This document shows, in pieces, positions 58,492 through 64,000 of a stretch of 64,000 nt of DNA. A model generated the notes under the pieces. It worked only from the letters and a program-made list of their open reading frames with translations, was not told where the DNA came from and made no database searches. The position numbers were made by a program, and so were the translations under genes. Origin of the DNA: an uncultured Collinsella sp. (GTDB taxonomy: Bacteria; Actinomycetota; Coriobacteriia; Coriobacteriales; Coriobacteriaceae); contig UQWZ01000006.1 of the NCBI GenBank assembly GCA_900544895.1, positions 41,613 through 105,612 of the forward strand, in the 5' to 3' direction. Every line of letters starts with the position of its first letter. The stretch's first letter is position 1.

Positions 58492-58679
58492 GGCGGGATA
58501 GACCGGTTCAGATGGGGCTTTGATGCATGGGTGGTCTGTTGTTGTGCAAATGGGTATCATATTGTGGTTATCGCATCAACTCTGTGATGCATGTTTGTAC
58601 GTTCCCGGCGGTCGGTTTGCCAGAAGCGCCCCGTCGGTTGTTCCAGACCCGTTTCGAAGAAAGGAAACCACACTAACCT

Positions 58680-60350
58680 ATGGCAGCTAAAAAATCATCT
58701 CCCTTGAAGATCATCCCGCTCGGCGGCCTTGATGGCATCGGCAAGAACATGACGGTCTTCGAGTGCGGCGACGACATGGTGCTCGTCGACGCCGGTCTTA
58801 TGTTCCCGGATGACTCCCAGCCCGGTATCGACCTGGTGCTTCCCGACTACACCTATGTTCTGGAGAACGAGGAGAAGCTCCGCGGTATCATCGTTACTCA
58901 CGGCCACGAGGACCACACCGGTTCGCTTCCGTACCTGCTGCAGGACCTCAACAACAAGGTGCCCATCTTCTCGAGCAAGCTGACGCTTGGCTTTATCGAG
59001 GGCAAGCTTTCTGAGTTCCGCATCCGCGCACCCAAGTTCCGCGAGGTCAAGGGCGGCAGCCATGTCAACCTCGGCGGCATCTCGCTCGACTTCTTCTCGA
59101 TGACGCACTCCATCCCCGGCGCTCTGGGCGTGTTCATCCGCACCAATCAGGGCACCGTTATGCACACCGGCGACTTTAAGCTCGACCAGACGCCCATCGA
59201 TGGCGTTACGCCCGACTATGCCGCTATCAGCCGCTTTGCCAAGCAGGGCATCGACCTGCTGCTTTCCGACTCCACCAATGCCACGGTTCCCGGCTTTACC
59301 AAGTCCGAGGCCGAGGTTGGTCCCAACCTGTTGCACGCCATCAAGAACGCCCCGGGTCGCGTGTTCGTCGCGTCGTTCTCGAGCCACATCCATCGTCTGC
59401 AGCAGATCTGCGATGCCGCCCGCAAGTGCGGCCGTAAGGTCGTTGTGACCGGTCGCTCCATGCTCACGAACACCCGCGTGGCGCGTGAGCTGGGCTACCT
59501 CAACATCGATGACGCCGATATCATCGATGCCTTCGATATCGATAACCTGCCCGACGATAAGATTGTCGTCATGTGCACCGGTTCGCAGGGCGAGCCGCTG
59601 TCGGCCCTGTCCCGCATGGCCAATGGCGAGCACAAGACGCTCTCCATCCACGAGGGCGATACCGTTATCCTTTCGGCAACTCCTGTTCCTGGCAACGAGA
59701 AGGCCGTCCAGCAGGTCGTCAACAGCCTGGCCAAGCTCGGCTGCGACGTGTGGGATAAGAACCGCGCTCTCGTCCACGTCTCGGGTCACGGTAGCCAGGA
59801 GGAGCTCAAGCTCCTGATGGCCATGGCCAAGCCCACGTACTTTATGCCGGTTCACGGTGAGGCCGTGCATCTGCGCGCCCATGCGCAGCTGGCCCGCAAG
59901 ATGGGCATCAAGGACGATCATATCTTTATCCTCGATAACGGCGACACGCTCGAGATGCGCGGTGGTATCGTCAAGCGCGGTACGCCCGTCGAGTCCGGTG
60001 TCGTTTACGTCGACGGCCTGCGTATCGGCGATACCGACCCCATCGTCCTGCGCGATCGCCAGAAGCTCGCCAACGACGGTATGGTCACGGCCGTTGCCAT
60101 CGTCTCCCTCAAACACAAGAAGATCGAGGCCATCGAGTTCTCGGGCCGCGGCGTCTCGTTTGCCATCGACGACCAGTTCTCCGAGGATGCCTCCGCGTCC
60201 ATTATGAAGACGATCGAGAAGGGTAAGTTTAGCTTTACCAGCAGCGGTTCCGATGCCATTCGCAAGGCCGTGCGCGATTCGCTCTCTAACTTTATCTGGA
60301 GCCGTACGCGCACCCGTCCGATGATCATCCCGGTCGTCATGGAGGTTTAG
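58680..60350 (+). CDS. rnj: ribonuclease J
   Basis: 556 aa. Metallo-beta-lactamase motif HGHEDHTG, beta-CASP domain, and a C-terminal domain. Confidence 0.95.
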   Translation: MAAKKSSPLKIIPLGGLDGIGKNMTVFECGDDMVLVDAGLMFPDDSQPGIDLVLPDYTYVLENEEKLRGIIVTHGHEDHTGSLPYLLQDLNNKVPIFSSKLTLGFIEGKLSEFRIRAPKFREVKGGSHVNLGGISLDFFSMTHSIPGALGVFIRTNQGTVMHTGDFKLDQTPIDGVTPDYAAISRFAKQGIDLLLSDSTNATVPGFTKSEAEVGPNLLHAIKNAPGRVFVASFSSHIHRLQQICDAARKCGRKVVVTGRSMLTNTRVARELGYLNIDDADIIDAFDIDNLPDDKIVVMCTGSQGEPLSALSRMANGEHKTLSIHEGDTVILSATPVPGNEKAVQQVVNSLAKLGCDVWDKNRALVHVSGHGSQEELKLLMAMAKPTYFMPVHGEAVHLRAHAQLARKMGIKDDHIFILDNGDTLEMRGGIVKRGTPVESGVVYVDGLRIGDTDPIVLRDRQKLANDGMVTAVAIVSLKHKKIEAIEFSGRGVSFAIDDQFSEDASASIMKTIEKGKFSFTSSGSDAIRKAVRDSLSNFIWSRTRTRPMIIPVVMEV

Positions 60351-60351
60351 T

Positions 60352-63129
60352 TTGGCGCGCGGATCTGCACAAAACGCCAAAGGCAATAAGGCCAATAACC
60401 AACCGGCATCTGCTAAGGGTGCCGGTTCCCATCTGCGTGCCAATAAGGGCCACGAGTCCGAGTTTGATGAGTTTGAGCCCCTGGTCGAGCCTTCGGCCAA
60501 TCGCGATATCGCCGGTGTGGTCATCGCCGTTTTGGCGATCGCGTCCTTCATTGCCGTGATCTCTCCGGCAACAGCGCCCGTGACGGCTGCGGTTGCCGGT
60601 TTCTACCACCTGGGCTTTGGTCTGGGCGCCTACGTGCTGCCGATCGTCATCTTGCTGTTTGCCGCCACGCTCTTTTTGGGTGAGGACTCGCCGCTCAACG
60701 TGCGCTCTGTTGCGGGCGGCGCCTTGGTCTTTATCGCCGTCGTCTCCATTCTTTCGCTGATGGTGCCGGGCACGAGCGATTCGTGCGACCTTATGTTTAC
60801 GCCGCAGAACCTTTCCGTGTCGGGCGGCTACATTGGCGCCTTTATCGCAAGTGCCTTGCAAAACGCCTTGGGTAAACCTATCGCCATGGTTGTCTTGCTG
60901 GGGCTTGTCGTCGTTGGTTTGGTCATTATCGGCTTTTCGGTGGGTGGCGTTTTGCGCTCCGCACGCGATCGCGCTGCCGATTTTGCCGAGCGTCGACGTG
61001 CCGATGTCAATGCGAGCCCGTGGGGCGATGAAGAGGCCCTGTCTGTTCCCGGCGTCGCTCGTCCGCACCTGAGCATTTTGCGCCAGAAGGGGACTGACGC
61101 CGCGGTGACCACGGTCATGGGTGGCGATGTCGACCCGGTTTTGGATGACGACGAGGACGATGACCCGTTTGTCGACGTATCCGAGTCGGTTGAAGCCGAG
61201 CGGGCCAAGACCACGCTGCTGCCGCGCCGTCATGCCAAGAAGGGCAAGACGGTTCCCAAGCTCAATACGAGTGAGCCCGACCCGTCTTGGTCCGATAGCG
61301 AGATTGAGCTCACTGAGGGCGATGACGAGGACGACGAGGCTCCGATTGAGACCGCAAAGACAACTTTGCTGCCGCGTCGCCATGCAAAGCGCGGCCAGGT
61401 CACCGGACAGCTTTCGATGGAGGACGATCCGGACAAGGTTGACGAGTCCGAGCCGCCGTTTGCCGTGAACCCTGTTTCGGCCGCACCTCAGATTCCCGAC
61501 TTCTTAAAGCATCCCAAGGTTGCCGATGCGCCTGCCACGAGTGCTGTCGAATCGGCTGCGGCTCGTGATGGGGGAGCGGACGGCGGCGCCGCAGATAACG
61601 AGGGCGAAGAAGAGGACGGCCTCAAGCTTCCGCCGCTCGAAATCCTACATGCCAACCCGCAGTCGGCTTCTGCCGCGTCTTCGGATAAGGAGCTGGAGCA
61701 GACCGCTGAGTCACTGCAATCCACCTTGCTTGAGTTTGGCCGCAGTGCCCGCGTGGTCGGCTGGATCGCCGGCCCCACGGTGACGACCTTTAAGCTGCAA
61801 CCTGGCGAGGGCGAGCGCGTGAGCAAGATTTCGAGCCTCGAGGACGATATTGCGCTTTCGCTCGCCGCCCAGTCGGTTCGTATCTTTGCCCCGATCCCCG
61901 GCACCTCTCTCGTTGGTATCGAGATTCCCAACCGCAAGCGCCAGAACGTCAATCTGGGCGACGTGCTGCCCTATGTGAAGGGCGGTCCGCTCGAGCTCGC
62001 CATCGGCCGCGACGCCGAGGGCACGCCGGTTGTCGCCGACCTCGCCAAGATGCCTCACCTGTTGATTGCCGGTACGACCGGTTCTGGTAAGTCGGTGATG
62101 ATCAACTCCATCATCACGACCTTGCTCATGCGCGCCCTTCCCGAGGACGTTCGCCTGATCATGGTCGACCCCAAGCGCGTCGAGCTTGCGGGCTATAACG
62201 GTCTGCCGCATCTCTATGTGCCCGTGGTGACCGAGCCCAAGCAGGCCGCGAGCGCTCTGCAATGGGCTGTGTCCGAGATGGAGCGTCGCCTGAAGGTCTT
62301 CGAGCGTCTCAACGTGCGTAAGATCTCGACCTACAACGAAAAGCAGGCTGCTGGCGAGTTTGAGCATTACGACAATCCGCCGCAAAAGATGCCCTACCTT
62401 GTCATTATCATTGACGAGCTCTCTGACCTGATGATGGTCGCCGGTAAGGATGTCGAGGCCTCGATCGTGCGTATTGCACAGCTGGGCCGTGCCGCCGGTA
62501 TTCACCTTATCGTTGCCACGCAGCGCCCCAGCTCCAACGTGGTGACGGGCCTCATTAAGGCCAACATCACCAACCGTATCGCCTTTAACGTCGCCACGGG
62601 CATCGACTCGCGCGTCATCATCGACCAGATGGGCGCCGAGAAGCTCACCGGTTTGGGCGACATGTTGTTCTCCAAGGTCGACTGGGGCAAGCCCCGCCGT
62701 ATCCAGGGCTGCTTTGTCTCGGATGATGAGATCAACGAGATTGTCGAGTTCGTCAAGTCGCAGAGTGAGCCCGACTACCACGAGGAGATTCTGTCCGCCG
62801 TGGCGCCCGCTTCCATGTCCATGGCTGGTGGCGGCGGCATTGTCCGCACCGGAGTAGCCGAGCCGCAAGACGATGATCCGCTCATTTGGGAAGCCGCCCA
62901 TATTGTGGTGGAATCGCAGCTTGGCTCCACATCTGGCCTGCAACGTCGTCTGAAGGTTGGCTATGCGCGTGCCGGGCGTATTATGGACATGCTGGAAGAA
63001 AAGGGTGTCGTCGGCCCGCCCGACGGTTCCAAGCCGCGCGAGGTCCTGTTGGACGAGGAGGGGCTTGCCGCGCTGGAATCTGTCGACGCCGAGATGGCAC
63101 GTGAAGATCGTGAGTTTGGAGGATTCTGA
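60352..63129 (+). CDS. ftsK: DNA translocase FtsK
   Basis: 925 aa. N-terminal TM helices, a long acidic/basic linker, motor domain with Walker A GTTGSGKS, and a C-terminal gamma (winged-helix) domain. TTG start. Confidence 0.95.
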   Translation: MARGSAQNAKGNKANNQPASAKGAGSHLRANKGHESEFDEFEPLVEPSANRDIAGVVIAVLAIASFIAVISPATAPVTAAVAGFYHLGFGLGAYVLPIVILLFAATLFLGEDSPLNVRSVAGGALVFIAVVSILSLMVPGTSDSCDLMFTPQNLSVSGGYIGAFIASALQNALGKPIAMVVLLGLVVVGLVIIGFSVGGVLRSARDRAADFAERRRADVNASPWGDEEALSVPGVARPHLSILRQKGTDAAVTTVMGGDVDPVLDDDEDDDPFVDVSESVEAERAKTTLLPRRHAKKGKTVPKLNTSEPDPSWSDSEIELTEGDDEDDEAPIETAKTTLLPRRHAKRGQVTGQLSMEDDPDKVDESEPPFAVNPVSAAPQIPDFLKHPKVADAPATSAVESAAARDGGADGGAADNEGEEEDGLKLPPLEILHANPQSASAASSDKELEQTAESLQSTLLEFGRSARVVGWIAGPTVTTFKLQPGEGERVSKISSLEDDIALSLAAQSVRIFAPIPGTSLVGIEIPNRKRQNVNLGDVLPYVKGGPLELAIGRDAEGTPVVADLAKMPHLLIAGTTGSGKSVMINSIITTLLMRALPEDVRLIMVDPKRVELAGYNGLPHLYVPVVTEPKQAASALQWAVSEMERRLKVFERLNVRKISTYNEKQAAGEFEHYDNPPQKMPYLVIIIDELSDLMMVAGKDVEASIVRIAQLGRAAGIHLIVATQRPSSNVVTGLIKANITNRIAFNVATGIDSRVIIDQMGAEKLTGLGDMLFSKVDWGKPRRIQGCFVSDDEINEIVEFVKSQSEPDYHEEILSAVAPASMSMAGGGGIVRTGVAEPQDDDPLIWEAAHIVVESQLGSTSGLQRRLKVGYARAGRIMDMLEEKGVVGPPDGSKPREVLLDEEGLAALESVDAEMAREDREFGGF

Positions 63130-64000
63130 TGGCTGCACGCTTTGGTGACATGCTGCTCGAGCAGCGTCGCCGAATGGGCCTTTCCATTCAGCAGGTCGCC
63201 AACACCATCAAAATCAGGCCGCAGATCATCGAGTTTTTCGAGACCGGTAACTTTGCTTCGATGCCGCCGCGCGGCTATGCGCAGGGCATGATTTCGAGCT
63301 ATGCTCGCTTTTTGGGCCTCAATCCGCGCGAGGTCGTCAATGCCTACTTTGACGAGCTGATGGCATACGAGCGCGAGACGTCGCAGCAGGGCGGTCGTTT
63401 TCAGGACGCCGCCGGCTATGTCAATTCACGTTCCTCGGTGGATAATGGGCGCTTCTTGATGGTTCAGGGTGGTCGCTCAACGCGTTATGGTCAGCGTCCG
63501 CAGCAGGCTGGCTATATTACCGAGACGGGTTCGGGCGAGGAGATTCGCTCACAGCGTGACCGGTTCCGCAGTACGCCGATGCCCGAGGACCGTGCACTTC
63601 CCGCTGCCCGCGGCGTGGCGCGTGACCCTCGTGCCGGCTACGGCGACGGCGGCTATTCCGATCGCGGTCACCGTGGTATCTCCACCGGACGTTCTCGCAG
63701 TGGCTATGCGGACGCCGATGCCACGCAGGTGACGCCGCGTCTTCGCTCTCAATCACAGCCGTATGGCCAGCGCTCTTCGGCTCCACGTGCGTGCCAGCGT
63801 GGCTATCAAGGCCGCGGTGAACTTGCGCCCCGCTCGGGTCAGCGCAGCCTTCAGGGCCAGGGTGGCTATCGCGGCCGTTCCGACAGCAATCGTGGTCGTA
63901 TGCCTCAGGGAGGCGGCCGCAGCAGTTCCAGTCGTGGACGCGGCGGTTCCCGTACTCCTCAAAACAACGGTCTCGATCCGCGTATCGTCTACGCCGGCAT
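63129..64000 (+). CDS. RodZ-like helix-turn-helix protein with long Arg/Gly/Ser-rich region; 3' end beyond window
   Basis: My own translation from the ATG at 63129 (overlapping the ftsK TGA) is open to the window end. It begins MAARFGDMLLEQRRRMGLSIQQVANTIKIRPQIIEFFETGNFASMPPRGYAQGMISSYARFLGL, which is RodZ/XRE-type. It is absent from the ORF track because there is no stop in the window. Confidence 0.65.
   Translation, partial: MAARFGDMLLEQRRRMGLSIQQVANTIKIRPQIIEFFETGNFASMPPRGYAQGMISSYARFLGLNPREVVNAYFDELMAYERETSQQGGRFQDAAGYVNSRSSVDNGRFLMVQGGRSTRYGQRPQQAGYITETGSGEEIRSQRDRFRSTPMPEDRALPAARGVARDPRAGYGDGGYSDRGHRGISTGRSRSGYADADATQVTPRLRSQSQPYGQRSSAPRACQRGYQGRGELAPRSGQRSLQGQGGYRGRSDSNRGRMPQGGGRSSSSRGRGGSRTPQNNGLDPRIVYAG

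Overview
GC-rich, densely packed and almost entirely plus-strand housekeeping region. I call 58 protein-coding regions (two cut by the window edges), 1 transposase pseudogene fragment, and a set of hairpin terminators and leader elements. I saw no rRNA, tRNA or CRISPR. Gene order: KH-rimM-trmD-lepB, glyQS, PDRP-ppdK, rplS-rnhB-yraN-comM-dprA-trmFO-xerC, rpsB-tsf-pyrH-frr-uppS-cdsA-dxr-rseP-ispG-proS, pyrR-B-C-K-D-F, mihF-gmk-rpoZ-thiI, comEA-comEC-holA, rpsT, lepA-dus-hemW-dnaJ-dnaJ-mtaB-phoH-ybeY-dgkA-era-recO, rpsO-pnp, rnj-ftsK-rodZ-like. The actinobacterial mIHF combined with Firmicutes-like operon order suggests Actinomycetota, probably Coriobacteriia; this is inference, no search was run. 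The only minus-strand block is rpmB plus adhE and a kinase-fold gene. It sits next to an AT-richer scar carrying a Y1 (IS200/RAYT-like) transposase fragment bracketed by a 25-bp inverted repeat. The most unusual signal is noncoding and lies in the 650-bp pnp-rnj spacer. Two oppositely oriented copies of a ~140-nt element each have a ~35-bp basal stem, an identical non-complementary internal bubble, and an apical hairpin that differs by three exactly compensatory base pairs. This could be a structured RNA or DNA element, or a foldback mobile element. Secondary signals: a DnaJ paralog whose C-terminal domains are replaced by predicted membrane helices, a CCGTTTACCG motif shared upstream of ppdK and adhE, TGAAACG-type palindromes upstream of adhE, a xerC N-terminus with no canonical start codon, and a candidate PyrR leader. 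All coordinates were counted by hand. Many start codons were moved inward from the ORF track on RBS and homology grounds and are less certain than the stops.
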